Of a DNA stretch of 64,000 nucleotides, positions 29,301 to 38,762 are shown one piece after another. Source of the DNA: Dehalococcoidia bacterium (GTDB lineage: Bacteria > Chloroflexota > Dehalococcoidia > Plut-88900); contig OZ240215.1 in the NCBI GenBank assembly GCA_965197585.1, positions 2,304,001-2,368,000 of the forward strand, read 5' to 3'. Within the stretch, counting starts at the first letter, position 1; each line of letters opens with the position of its first letter. A program made the translations under genes and the position numbers. The notes below the pieces were generated by a model. The model searched no databases, was not told where the DNA came from, and worked only from the letters and a program-made list of their open reading frames with translations.

Positions 29301-30616
29301 CTGCGGACCACCTCAAAGAGTTCGTCTTCGTCCCACTCCTCCGCCACGCATCCGGCTACTATCTGCTGGGCTAGCACGTCCAGCGGCCAGGACGGGATTG
29401 ACAGGGTGTCCAGGTTCTGTCGGCGCACGGCTCTAGCCAGGGCGATGCACTCCACCAGTTCGTCCCGGGTCAACGGGAACATCCGGCCCTTGGGCGTTCC
29501 CTTGATCGTGTGCCCGGAGCGCCCCACCCTTTGCATCAGCAACCCGATAGACCGCGGCGACCCTATCTGACAGACCAGGTCCACCAGCCCCACGTCGATG
29601 CCCAATTCCAGAGAGGCTGTGGCCACGCATATCTTCGTCTTGCCCGTTTTCAAGGCTTGCTCCGTCTGGAACCGCCTCTCCCGCGACATACTGCCATGGT
29701 GGGCCGCTATCGCCTCTTCCCCGAGCCGCTCCGTTAGCTGATGCGCCACTCTTTCCACCAACCGACGCGTGTTGACGAAGACCAGCGTAGTCTCGTGCCC
29801 CTCGGCCAGTTCCACCACCCTGTCCAGCGTCTCTGTCCACAGCTCGTGGCTCGCAATCGGGCCCAACTCCGAACCCGGCATCTCGATAGCTAGGTCAATT
29901 TTCCGGGCGTGCCCGGCATTTACTATCAGGCAGTCGGGATTACTCTTTTCATCAATATGAGCGTTTCCGACCAGGAACCGAGCCACCTCTTCTATCGGCC
30001 TCTGAGTCGCCGAAAGCCCGATCCTGGTCACCGGGCCCTCGGCCAGTGCACACAGCCGCTCCATCGAAAGGCTCAGGTGTGACCCTCTCTTGTCGTCAGC
30101 CACCGCGTGAATCTCGTCGACGATTAGCGTCTTCACCCCCCTCAACCCCTGCCTTCCGCTCTTGGACGTCAGCAAGATGTACAGTGACTCGGGTGTCGTG
30201 ATAAGGATATGCGGCGGCCTCTTGGCCATGCTCTGCCGCTGCGAGGCCTTCGTGTCCCCCGTCCTCAGCCCCACCCGGATCTCCGGCGCCGCTATCCCCA
30301 TCTCCTCCGCTCTCGCCGTTATCTCCGCGAGCGGGCCCGCCAGGTTCCTTTCGATGTCGTTAGAAAGCGCCTTCAACGGGGAGACGTACACGATCTGCGT
30401 CACGTCCTCCAGCCCCGAGTCGAGCCCTTCCCATATCAGATCGTCGATGCACTTCAGGAATGCAGCCAGCGTTTTACCCGACCCCGTCGGCGCCGAGATC
30501 AACGTGTGCTTCCCTTGCGCTATCGACTCCCAGCCCTGCACCTGGGCCTCCGTCGGCCCCTCAAACTTCTCCTCGAACCAAGCCTTTACAACTGGATGAA
30601 AAACACCTGTTCCCAT
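26303..30616 (-). CDS. lhr: Lhr-family DEAD/DEAH-box helicase
   Basis: APTGSGKT, SPLKALSND, TTPES, DEIH, SAT, HHGS, QRVGRSGH; long C-terminal winged-helix/glycosylase-like region. Confidence 0.9.
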   Translation of the reverse strand: MGTGVFHPVVKAWFEEKFEGPTEAQVQGWESIAQGKHTLISAPTGSGKTLAAFLKCIDDLIWEGLDSGLEDVTQIVYVSPLKALSNDIERNLAGPLAEITARAEEMGIAAPEIRVGLRTGDTKASQRQSMAKRPPHILITTPESLYILLTSKSGRQGLRGVKTLIVDEIHAVADDKRGSHLSLSMERLCALAEGPVTRIGLSATQRPIEEVARFLVGNAHIDEKSNPDCLIVNAGHARKIDLAIEMPGSELGPIASHELWTETLDRVVELAEGHETTLVFVNTRRLVERVAHQLTERLGEEAIAAHHGSMSRERRFQTEQALKTGKTKICVATASLELGIDVGLVDLVCQIGSPRSIGLLMQRVGRSGHTIKGTPKGRMFPLTRDELVECIALARAVRRQNLDTLSIPSWPLDVLAQQIVAGCVAEEWDEDELFEVVRRAYPYRDLPRKKYDEVVKMLAEGVAPREGRRTAHLHRDGVGGKLKGRRGARIPALTSGGAIPDTADYDVVADPEGVFVGTVNEDFAIESMAGDIFLLGNTPWRIRRVESGRVRVEDAQGLPPSIPFWLGEAPGRTLELSEEITELRGGIEERLGDNGKAEGWVTDQSGVGGEAARQVVEYVDEGRRVLGGVPSGNKIYAERFFDESGGTQVVIHSPLGARVNRAWGMALRKQICRSFDFELQAAATDDGINFSLGPNLSFPLEELFSYLSAKNVEKVLTQAALQAPLFQTRWRWNATRALAIIKFSGGKKVPAPLVRMRSDDLLASVFPAQVQCQDNAPTADIEVPDHPLVFETVRDCLTEAMDLKELTRLLGDIERGAVEVFARDTPQPSVFSHQILNAMPYAFLDDAPLEERRSRAVSLRRALPEDSRDLGSLDPEAIAAAAEDAWPPARDSDEMHDLLLSVGQISDGEIAVRYGGGDGGVVKEWLEELLESGRVTTFRRADGSRAWVAVETVREVMPAYPEADLYPRPPERFLSDTDADPGEAAVRLVRGRTEVSGPQTAKEIGEMLALPEGTVKAALAQLESEGQVLRGSFRPGATGEEYCDRRILARIHRATVSRLRREIEPVSESVFMRFLLRWQHVEPDRMLSGVSGLIEVIEQLQGFEAAAGAWEPHLLKARVAGFEPTMLDDLCFGGEVVWGRMTQRRHMPDQPISKVGLTRNGPITLGLRENLDWLVDPTPEDDEGLGGAARDILNVLTKRGASFQSDIAKLSKRLPSEVKDGLWQLVAAGRATADGFTPLRHVNNGPPPSMRRSTRLRRRARNRPSTTRWSLLQPLGDGETSVTGRAFQLLRRYGVVFYEMLAREPMAPPWRELVRIYRQAEAQGKIRGGRFISGHVGEQFALPEAIEMLRSTRKQEGSGRYVQVSACDPLNLVGIISPGARVPAAMGNLVVYQNGVAVASVEGGRLNERSALPRSAKLEVLGASVVGRPGRRVRGVG

Positions 30617-30659
30617 ACCCGAATGTTACCACACCCCACCCTATCCACACCCCATAATT

Positions 30660-30688
30660 TTGACCAACTGTGTACTATAGTTTACAAT
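30660..30688 (+). promoter_or_regulatory. TA operon promoter with operator-like palindrome
   Basis: TTGACC-17 bp-TACAAT; TGTA..TACA imperfect inverted repeat overlapping the spacer and -10. Confidence 0.7.
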
Positions 30689-30702
30689 CATCACTTACAA
30701 CA

Positions 30703-30999
30703 ATGACCTTACGGATAGTCCAAAGCACTACGTTCGAAAGATGGCTTGGCAGGCTAAGAGACAAGAGAGCGATAGCCAGAATAAAACTAAGATTGTCGGC
30801 GGTATCCGACGGCAATTTCGGCGATATGAGGTACGTAGGCAATGGAGTAATTGAGCTTCGCATTCACTATGGACCAGGCTATCGGCTTTACCTGGTCCGT
30901 AAAGGTGATGAAGTCATCGTACTGCTTTGCGGTGGTGATAAGTCCACTCAACAGCGGGACATAAACCGAGCTCACGAATTGGCCAGCGAATGGAGGTAG
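30703..30999 (+). CDS. RelE/HigB-family toxin (addiction module killer protein)
   Basis: FERWLGRLRD..ARI..GNFGD..VGNGVIELRIHYGPGYRLY..LLCGGDKSTQQRDI. Confidence 0.92.
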   Translation: MTLRIVQSTTFERWLGRLRDKRAIARIKLRLSAVSDGNFGDMRYVGNGVIELRIHYGPGYRLYLVRKGDEVIVLLCGGDKSTQQRDINRAHELASEWR

Positions 31000-31001
31000 G
31001 T

Positions 31002-31391
31002 ATGAAACTGCCAAAGGGATACACCGTATGGGATGTCACTAATTATCTTCAAACAGAGGAAGATATCAGGATTTACATAGATGTCGCGTGTGAAGATGAT
31101 CCCGGTGATGGCTCCCTGATCCGTTCTGCCTTGCAAGACGTTACCCGAGCCCAAAACATGACCGGGCTCGCCCGACAGGTCGGCATGAGCAGGGCCGGCC
31201 TTTATAAAACCCTCTCGCCCAACGGCAACCCCAGCTTCGCCACCATAATGCACCTCACCCGAGCCTTGGGCATGCAGGTCGTCATTCGTCCCATGCCCAC
31301 CGAGAAATCCCCTCACCCCGACTCCGAAGAGGAGACCTCCCCCGCCAACCTCGAGACTCCATCAACACAGGCTAAATCTCCTGTCGGATAA
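31002..31391 (+). CDS. Addiction module antidote, HTH antitoxin
   Basis: WDVTNYLQTEEDI..ALQDVTRAQNMTGLA..GLYKTLSPNGNPSFATI. Confidence 0.9.
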   Translation: MKLPKGYTVWDVTNYLQTEEDIRIYIDVACEDDPGDGSLIRSALQDVTRAQNMTGLARQVGMSRAGLYKTLSPNGNPSFATIMHLTRALGMQVVIRPMPTEKSPHPDSEEETSPANLETPSTQAKSPVG

Positions 31392-31456
31392 TCTCCCATA
31401 GCTGACTGCATCCAGCTGATGTCGTAGCCCATACCCACTTGTGCTACGATTCCCCC

Positions 31457-32557
31457 ATGGACAACCCCATCGTAATTATCATCATCGACGGCTTTGACCC
31501 CGAGTACCTCCAAGCCTGCAACACCCCTAACATCGACGAGGTGTGCGCCAAGGGTTTCCTGAAAATCGGCCGCTCCATGATGCCGTCCGTCACCAACGTC
31601 AACAACGTCTCCCTCGTCACCGGCCTCTATCCCGAGTCCCACGGCATCAACTGCAACTACTGGCTCGACACCGACACCGGCCTTGAGACCTATATGGAGT
31701 CCGCCGACTTCATCCTCGCCGAGACCCTCTTCCAGAAGGCCGCATCGCTCGGGAAGCGCACCTTGATGGTCTCCTCCAAGGACAAGCTCCGCACCCTCAT
31801 CGGGGCTCACGCAACCGTCGGCTTCTCCTCGGAGCAGCCCCTTGAAGAGGTCGTCTCCGCCCTCGGCCCCCCACCCCCCATCTACTCCCTCGAAGTCAAC
31901 GGCTGGATAGTCCAGGCCGCCGATCACTTAATGTCCAAGAACCCCTTCGACGTCGTATACATCGCCACTACCGACTACGCGATGCACACCTTTCCCCCCG
32001 ACCACCCCGAGTCCCAGCGCCACATGACCATCCTCGACGACACCATTGGAGAGCTTCTTTCGAACCACCCCGACACAACCCTCCTCCTTACCGCTGACCA
32101 CGGCATGTCTGCCAAGGATCATATGGTAGATCTGAAAAGCATCCTCGCAGCCCGCGGCATAGACTCCAATCCCGTGCCCATAATCAAGGACCGCTACGTC
32201 CTTCAGCACTCCAACCTCGGCGGCTGCACCTTTGTATACCTGGACGATAAACACGAGGCCGAGGCCCTGGCCATCCTCCGCGAGACCCCCGGTGTCCACA
32301 GCGCCTTCAGCCATGACGAGGCCGTGCTCGAATACCGCCTCCACCCTGGCAGGCTAGGCAATATCTTCGTTAACGCCGAGAAAAACTTCGTCTTCGGTGA
32401 CCCGACCCAGATCGAAATGCGCCCCGGCCTCCGCTCCCACGCCTCCATCCACGAACGCGATATCCCCCTCATCGCCTACAACTCAGACATCAACTCCGAC
32501 ACCATCGAAGAAAACCGCCACCTAGGTCAATACGCCCTAACCAAGCTCCTCTCCTGA
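31457..32557 (+). CDS. Alkaline-phosphatase superfamily, phosphonoacetate hydrolase (PhnA)-like
   Basis: IDG, PSVTNVNNVSLVTG, TTDYAMH, TADHGM, LRSH. Confidence 0.8.
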   Translation: MDNPIVIIIIDGFDPEYLQACNTPNIDEVCAKGFLKIGRSMMPSVTNVNNVSLVTGLYPESHGINCNYWLDTDTGLETYMESADFILAETLFQKAASLGKRTLMVSSKDKLRTLIGAHATVGFSSEQPLEEVVSALGPPPPIYSLEVNGWIVQAADHLMSKNPFDVVYIATTDYAMHTFPPDHPESQRHMTILDDTIGELLSNHPDTTLLLTADHGMSAKDHMVDLKSILAARGIDSNPVPIIKDRYVLQHSNLGGCTFVYLDDKHEAEALAILRETPGVHSAFSHDEAVLEYRLHPGRLGNIFVNAEKNFVFGDPTQIEMRPGLRSHASIHERDIPLIAYNSDINSDTIEENRHLGQYALTKLLS

Positions 32558-32598
32558 CCTCTCATCCCGCCATTCCCGGCGTCTGGGGGAATCCAGTA

Positions 32599-32636
32599 CC
32601 TTCTCCATCGATGGGAGAGGGCTAGGGTGAGGGTGA
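32599..32636. repeat. CCCTCTCCC...GGGAGAGGG-TAGGGTGAGGGT palindromic repeat
   Basis: Same family at 35042-35079, 62074-62112 and 63074-63118. Confidence 0.8.
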
Positions 32637-32652
32637 CTACGACCCCTACCCT

Positions 32653-33564
32653 CTACCTCACATACGCCATGGCCTGGTCCACGATGTCAATCCCCACAAT
32701 GTCGCTCCATGCCTGAGTGATCTGCTGGAACGCGGGCCCCGGCACCCCAGCTCCGATCTTTATCCCGTTTAGGGACACCACGGGGGATATGTGACTAGGG
32801 GTCGTGGTAATAAACGCCTCGTCGGCCTTGTAGACGTCAAAGGGCGTGTAGTCTCCCTCCTCCGTCTTGAACCCGAGACCCGAGGCTATCTCCAGCACCG
32901 AGTCCATCGTAATCCCCCCCAGCACGTGCCTGCGATTGGGTATGTAAATCGTGTCCTTACGCAGGAATAGAAAATTCGCGCCACTGCTTTCGGCCACGTT
33001 GCCGTCGTAGTCCAGCATCAGGGGCAGGGCCTCTGGGTCGATCGCCTTCGCCTCGAAATCGGCGACCATGTGGTTCATCTTGTTGGATATCTTCGCCTTG
33101 GGGGAAAGACTCTGAGGCGGTGTGCGGCGAGTCGCCGGTGTGATCATCCTGATACCGTCACGGTACCACTTGGCGTACATCGCAAAGGCCAGAGGCTCCG
33201 TGTAGATGACAACAGTTGCCTCTAGCTCCGCCTGCCGAGTCGGCTCTACCACGCCCCGGCTGACTATGTGAGTCACTCCCACGTCCTCCGGCCCCGACCT
33301 CTGGAAGTTGGTATCCACCAACTCATGAGTCGCAGTCTCCAGGGCGTCTATGTCGATGCGCGGATCGATTCTCGTGTACTGGAGTGACCAGTAGAGCCGG
33401 TCCAGGTGCTCGCGCAGCTTCCAGATCTTGCCGCTGAAGGTGCGGGCCATCTCGTAGACCCCATCTCCCCACCGGAAGCCCCTGTCGAATACCGATACCG
33501 AAGCCTGGCTTGCCGGAACAAGCTCTCTATTGACGTAGACCAGGGACTCGCGTGCTTCTTCCAT
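32653..33564 (-). CDS. Class IV (branched-chain/D-amino acid) aminotransferase
   Basis: DRGFRWGDGVYE, HLDRL, AKISN, ESSGANF, LGGITM, ADEAFIT. Confidence 0.9.
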   Translation of the reverse strand: MEEARESLVYVNRELVPASQASVSVFDRGFRWGDGVYEMARTFSGKIWKLREHLDRLYWSLQYTRIDPRIDIDALETATHELVDTNFQRSGPEDVGVTHIVSRGVVEPTRQAELEATVVIYTEPLAFAMYAKWYRDGIRMITPATRRTPPQSLSPKAKISNKMNHMVADFEAKAIDPEALPLMLDYDGNVAESSGANFLFLRKDTIYIPNRRHVLGGITMDSVLEIASGLGFKTEEGDYTPFDVYKADEAFITTTPSHISPVVSLNGIKIGAGVPGPAFQQITQAWSDIVGIDIVDQAMAYVR

Positions 33565-33715
33565 GACAGACTCCTTCTATGATTCTTGGCGGCTTTGCCG
33601 GCAATTGTGGGTTTTGCCCACCTCCCTCGTCAAGGCTGCGACCCGTGTTGACGCTCGGACGCGGCGGCATATATTCTAGTCCGGCTTTCCACGGCTATAA
33701 GGGAAGGACTGGTTC

Positions 33716-34906
33716 ATGGTAAAGAGCACGGCAGAGGTCGTGATAATAGGCGGGGGTGTGATGGGTGCCAGCACTGCCTATCACCTTGCGAAACGCGGCG
33801 TCACGGACGTCGTCCTCGTCGAACAACGATACCTCGCCTCCGGCCCGACGGGCCGCTCCCTTGCCAACCTACGCCCCTATCACGGCGTAGAGGAGACGGT
33901 AAGGATCATCCACGAGTCCTCGAAGATATATCTGAATTTCGACGAGATCATTGGTGGCGGCGGCCAGTTCCGCAACATAGGCCGGGTCTGGGCCGAGCCC
34001 GAGTCCAACAGGGACCTTATGCAGGAAATGGTAGCGCTAACCGGCAAAGTCGGCATGAGAAGCGAGTACCTTGATCCCGACCAACTAGCCGAGATGGTCC
34101 CAGGCCTCAACACCGAGGACCTGGGTCCGATCGTTTATTTCCCCGACGCCGGTTACTCAAACCCGGGAGGCGTGACGGAAGCGTTTGCAGCACGGGCCCG
34201 GGAACAGGGAGTGCAAATAAACGAGGAGACTAAGGTAACTGGAATCGGGCTTTCGGGCGGGCGTGTTCAGTCGGTGGAAACCGACAAGGGAAACATTTCG
34301 GCGTCGGTCGTGATAAATGCTGCGGGGATCTGGGGCCCGGCTATCGGGCGGATGGTAGGTATCGAAATCCCGATCACGCCCACCCGCGGCCAGGGCGTCA
34401 TCTACCAGAGGCATTGGTCCATGCCCGAGTTCCGACCCATCTTCCACGACGGGCGCAGCGACTACATCTTCAGGTGCGAACCCGGCAACCTCATCAACGT
34501 ACTGAACACGCTAGAAATCCGGGATGATGCAGAGATGGTGGACCCCGACACTATGCCCGAAGACGCTGCGCCGGAACTTGTAGACCGGCACCGTATAGAA
34601 GGATCTCAAGCCCTGCCGACGCTGGAAAAGGCAACGCACCGCGGCGGCTATTCCTGCGCATATGACATCACGCCCGACGACTCCCCCATCTTCGAGGAGA
34701 GCGAGGACATCGGAGGGTTCTATAACATGGTCGGCTGGAGCGGGCTGGGAATGCAACAAGGCCCGGTGGCCGGAGACCTGATGGCGGAGCTAATCACCAC
34801 CGGCCGCACGACCCTCGTGGACATGTCTATATTCTCGTTACGCCGCTTCCGGGAAGGCAAGTCGCTGGCCTCAGCGTGGCTGTTCAAGGAAATCGGCCTG
34901 CACTAA
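33716..34906 (+). CDS. FAD-dependent oxidoreductase (DAO/sarcosine oxidase beta-like)
   Basis: IIGGGVMGASTAYHLA, VINAAGIW, TPDDSP, GWSGLG. Confidence 0.88.
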   Translation: MVKSTAEVVIIGGGVMGASTAYHLAKRGVTDVVLVEQRYLASGPTGRSLANLRPYHGVEETVRIIHESSKIYLNFDEIIGGGGQFRNIGRVWAEPESNRDLMQEMVALTGKVGMRSEYLDPDQLAEMVPGLNTEDLGPIVYFPDAGYSNPGGVTEAFAARAREQGVQINEETKVTGIGLSGGRVQSVETDKGNISASVVINAAGIWGPAIGRMVGIEIPITPTRGQGVIYQRHWSMPEFRPIFHDGRSDYIFRCEPGNLINVLNTLEIRDDAEMVDPDTMPEDAAPELVDRHRIEGSQALPTLEKATHRGGYSCAYDITPDDSPIFEESEDIGGFYNMVGWSGLGMQQGPVAGDLMAELITTGRTTLVDMSIFSLRRFREGKSLASAWLFKEIGLH

Positions 34907-35041
34907 TCCTACATGAGACCAACACTTATCCCTGTCAACGGTGACTATAAAAGCCGTCTTGTCCCCTCTCCCTCAATGAGTCGCAGATGCGCCGAGGCAT
35001 GACCTTTGCACAACCCCGAGGGGAAGAGGCGGTGTCCTATA

Positions 35042-35079
35042 CCCTCTCCCTCGATGGGAGAGGGCTAGGGTGAGGGTGA
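35042..35079. repeat. CCCTCTCCC palindromic repeat
   Basis: ccctctccctcgatgggagagggctagggtgagggtga. Confidence 0.8.
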
Positions 35080-35128
35080 TCCTGCTTTTAGAACGCCCGC
35101 ATAAGGACCTATACATGGAGGAGCAAAA

Positions 35129-35542
35129 TTGACTGTAGAACTACCGGATGACGCACGAGAATTATTCCGGGGCAAGAATTTCGCCCACGTGATTTCCCTG
35201 ATGCGGGACGGATCGCCCCAGGCATCCGCCGTATGGTGCGAGGCCGTAGGGAACGACATAGTGATCAACTGCGACGAGGCTACGATCAAGGTCAAAAACT
35301 TTCGCAGAGACCCACGTGTCGCAGTCTCGATTATCGGCCAGGACAAGCCCTACGAAGCCGTCTTTGTCCGGGGCCGGGTCACCGAGATCAAACCCGACCC
35401 CGAGAGCAAACACATCGACAAGCTGGCCAAGAAATACCTCGGCCTGGACGAGTACCCTTTCCACCAGCCCGGCGAGGAGCGACGCGTAGTGGTCATATCC
35501 CCCGACTCCGTGGGTTCGCTTCACAGCCCCCTGACAAACTGA
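35129..35542 (+). CDS. PPOX-class F420-dependent oxidoreductase
   Basis: DGSPQASAVW, KVKNFRRDPRVAVSI, HIDKLAKKYLG. Confidence 0.88.
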   Translation: MTVELPDDARELFRGKNFAHVISLMRDGSPQASAVWCEAVGNDIVINCDEATIKVKNFRRDPRVAVSIIGQDKPYEAVFVRGRVTEIKPDPESKHIDKLAKKYLGLDEYPFHQPGEERRVVVISPDSVGSLHSPLTN

Positions 35543-35549
35543 TAGCGGT

Positions 35550-36740
35550 CTAGTCGAGTATGGCTACCGCCTCCACTTCCAGCATGTACTCGGGCTTGAA
35601 GAAACCCGCGACTACTGTCGTGCTGGTGTAGGCCCCGGGCTTCAGGTATCGGTCCCTAACCCTCCTGACCGCTGGGCCGTGCGCCCGGTCCACGAGGTAG
35701 GACTTGATTCTGACCACCTTGTCCCAGGAAACCCCGACTCCCTTCAGGATATCGTCAAGGTTCTTGTAGACTTGGGCAGCCTGGGCGTCGAAGTCCCCTG
35801 CGCCGACCGTCTCGTCCTGCGAGTTCCTGCCCACCTGTCCCTGCACGTACAGCGTGTTTCCTGCCCTCACGGCGTGGGCCACACCCGGTGATACCGAGAC
35901 CCCCGGCACCGTAAACGACTCCCGCTCCGCCATCGACGCTATGATCTCCGACTCGATCATCCACTCAGGCCCGACCAAGCCGCACACCACCGACGTCGCA
36001 GCCACTTGACCGGGGCGGTGGTAGCGGTAGCGAACGTCCCGGTAGTCATTGATCACGTCGTGCCGGGTGACGTATCCGTGGCTCCAAACCACCTTCTCCC
36101 AACCGGCCCCGTTGGCCTTGAGAATATTGTCGAAATTCTTGTAGACAGCCTCGGTCTGGGCAACGAAATCACCCTTGCCAATGGTTTCCGCTTCATGGGA
36201 CGCGACGTTCCCAAGCCGACCCCCCGACAGAACAGGCTGCTTCCCAGTAATCGGCTGCTGGCCGGTAACGTAGATCGTGTCCCCAACACGCACGGAATGA
36301 GGAGATCCCAGGGGAACGAAGGTGTCCGGCACGTTGCTGAGGCTGAACTTCGGCTGGCCGATATAGGCGATCAGGTCGACCTCTATGAGCAGGTCGGACA
36401 GGAGAAGCGGCATGGATACCGTGGCCCCTGCCCTCTGGTAATAGGGCAAATACTGGAAATGCACCTCCCGCGCCTTTTGCCTGTCCTCGGGGTTGGCGAG
36501 GTAGGTGTTGTACTTGACCACGTCGTTCCACGTGGCCCCGGCGGCCGCCAGTATCGCTTCCAGATTCTGATACACCTGGTGCGCCTGAGCCTCGACATCT
36601 CCCTTCCCTACTATCTCGCCATCCGGCCCCCGAGCCACAATCCCCGACGTATACAGGACGTTGCCCGCCTTGATCCCGTGGGCAAACTTCAGGGCCTCTG
36701 TTGAATAAATGCCTGGGGCGGTGATCTGCTCTTTAGTCAT
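35550..36740 (-). CDS. RidA/YjgF-family protein with three tandem domains
   Basis: Three repeats of xGNxLYxxG...GxGDxxAQxxxVYxNL...W..VV...IEV. Confidence 0.88.
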   Translation of the reverse strand: MTKEQITAPGIYSTEALKFAHGIKAGNVLYTSGIVARGPDGEIVGKGDVEAQAHQVYQNLEAILAAAGATWNDVVKYNTYLANPEDRQKAREVHFQYLPYYQRAGATVSMPLLLSDLLIEVDLIAYIGQPKFSLSNVPDTFVPLGSPHSVRVGDTIYVTGQQPITGKQPVLSGGRLGNVASHEAETIGKGDFVAQTEAVYKNFDNILKANGAGWEKVVWSHGYVTRHDVINDYRDVRYRYHRPGQVAATSVVCGLVGPEWMIESEIIASMAERESFTVPGVSVSPGVAHAVRAGNTLYVQGQVGRNSQDETVGAGDFDAQAAQVYKNLDDILKGVGVSWDKVVRIKSYLVDRAHGPAVRRVRDRYLKPGAYTSTTVVAGFFKPEYMLEVEAVAILD

Positions 36741-36815
36741 GGAAAGCTCCTGCGGAAGTATGTGTGGATCAAAACATATTGAGGTGGCGGCCTGGTGTCA
36801 ACCGTGGCCCGTGCT

Positions 36816-37607
36816 TCAGAATCCCAGGGCCGACTTCGCCAGAAGACTCCCGGACGCCGTCAGCATCATGCCCGTAAGCGCCGCAATGAGCGCCCTTTCG
36901 GGGATTCGGGTCGTAAGCCTGCTCCCGACTATCACTGCGGGCACCGCCCCGATACTCAGGAACAATACCGCACTCCACTCCACCAGGTCCTGGCTCAGAT
37001 AGCCCAGCGTCCCGATTACCATCAGCACCAGCGACACCCCAATCGTCGTACCCACCACCTTGTCCGCAGAGATGCGGAATATCAGCAGCACGGGCGCGGT
37101 CATCAGCGTGCCCGCCCCCACCGAGGTTGCGCCCATGATCAGCCCCAGCACACCCCCCACCCCCGACCCCGCTAACCATTTCTTCGGGCCCAACCCATTT
37201 CCTTCCTGTTCCACGCTTCTGCGTTTTAGCCTTATCTGTACGACCAGAAGAGCGGCCCCTATGAGTACCAGCAACCCGATGAAGAGGTTCACCCACACCT
37301 CCAGCGAATCACCATATTCGGCGAAGAGGCGCGAGAGAAGTGCCACGCCAACCACGGCGCCCGGAACCCCACCCAAAAGCAGTGTAGCCCCCACACGGTA
37401 GTGAAACGTCCCCTGCTTGCTGTGCTGGGCGAACCCCGCAAGTTTGACCGCGGCTGTAAACGGGAACGTCGTGGCTATGGCTTCCACCGTGGAGAAGCCG
37501 AGGAAGAACACGAGGCTCGGCACCGCCAGCGCCGCCCCACCCACCCCCGTCACCCCGACTGCAAACCCCAGCCCCGCCCCGAGAACTATTTCAACTGCGA
37601 TATCTAT
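36816..37607 (-). CDS. TauE/SafE sulfite-exporter family membrane protein
   Basis: GVTGVGG..VPSL, GATSVGAGTL, VVGT; in-frame hydrophobic N-terminus extends to ATA 37607 behind a GAGGT SD. Confidence 0.85.
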   Translation of the reverse strand: MDIAVEIVLGAGLGFAVGVTGVGGAALAVPSLVFFLGFSTVEAIATTFPFTAAVKLAGFAQHSKQGTFHYRVGATLLLGGVPGAVVGVALLSRLFAEYGDSLEVWVNLFIGLLVLIGAALLVVQIRLKRRSVEQEGNGLGPKKWLAGSGVGGVLGLIMGATSVGAGTLMTAPVLLIFRISADKVVGTTIGVSLVLMVIGTLGYLSQDLVEWSAVLFLSIGAVPAVIVGSRLTTRIPERALIAALTGMMLTASGSLLAKSALGF

Positions 37608-37831
37608 GCAATGACCTCATCTCTGGGGCAACAGAATTTTGCCTTGCCTCCGCAGCAACCATTCTACCCGTTCCATAAGACATCTTTTCTTATCTCACCG
37701 GTCCGCGGGAGGGGCCGCTCGTGCTGAGGTTCTCGAAGTATGAGCGGGGGGTGTAGGAAGGCTGTTACAACCGGCCAAAGAGCCTAGGTAAGCAGTTCCG
37801 CAAATGGCTCTTGGAGATGAAGCAAATGAGG

Positions 37832-38752
37832 TCAGGGAACGCGCGCCAACACATCCAGTTGGTGAGCTATATACACAAGCTCCCGAGCCTCCACTTGTGA
37901 ATGACGCACTCTGCTCCACTCATCCAGGGTTTCACGACTAAGCTCTTGGCTGGACTGCAGCGCCCCTTGTACCGTATCGATGATCGCGTGTAGGAAAATA
38001 TCGTCGTCCCCCGAGTAGCCATCAACCCCAGGGTACACCACCCAGTCGGAGGGGCCAGCGTCCAGCACCTGCGCTCCAATTCTTCTCAGCCCGGAGAAAA
38101 GTCTCCGCCCTGTACGGCTGTCCCCCGACGATTTACCGTTGGCCACCCGCTCATCCATCGTCCGGTGGTAAAGCGCTTCTATCCGAGCATCCAACTCCGC
38201 ATCGACAACCGGGTCGAAGATGGTGCCCCCGTCAAAATTGATGCAGAGGTAGATTAGTCCCCCAGGCCTGAGCGACGCACCGATGAGCGGCAAGACGCTA
38301 TCCAGGTCCACGAGGTCGAGAAACGCCTGGGCTATCACCAGATCGTAGACCCCGCGAATGTCGTGCTTCTTAAGAACCTCGACGACATTTGCGGCTTCGA
38401 ATGATAGGTCCATTGAAGTACCCACCCCCGAGAACCGCATCCCCTCCTTCCTCATCTCCTCAACGGAGAGACCCCGCTCTAGTGCCCAGGCCGGCAACCG
38501 ACGCATAGCTTCCCGCACGTTCCCGGCCTCAAGATCAACGGCTCTGTATCGGCAGTCCGTTAACAGCCCCCGTTCGATTACCCTCTGCACCATCGAACCG
38601 ATACCCGCACCCAGTTCCAATACGTTTAGGGAGTCAATTCGGGGAAGTGCACTAGCCAACAAGTCCCAAACCCGAGGGTTCAGAGACCTGTCGTCAATAG
38701 ATTTCTTGGCTGCCAAATATCGGTGATAGTCAGCAGTTCCGGGATTGGGCAC
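37832..38752 (-). CDS. Class I SAM-dependent methyltransferase
   Basis: YLAAKKSIDDRSLN, VLELGAGIG, AFLDLVD. Confidence 0.82.
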   Translation of the reverse strand: MPNPGTADYHRYLAAKKSIDDRSLNPRVWDLLASALPRIDSLNVLELGAGIGSMVQRVIERGLLTDCRYRAVDLEAGNVREAMRRLPAWALERGLSVEEMRKEGMRFSGVGTSMDLSFEAANVVEVLKKHDIRGVYDLVIAQAFLDLVDLDSVLPLIGASLRPGGLIYLCINFDGGTIFDPVVDAELDARIEALYHRTMDERVANGKSSGDSRTGRRLFSGLRRIGAQVLDAGPSDWVVYPGVDGYSGDDDIFLHAIIDTVQGALQSSQELSRETLDEWSRVRHSQVEARELVYIAHQLDVLARVP

Positions 38753-38762
38753 GACGCAATTC

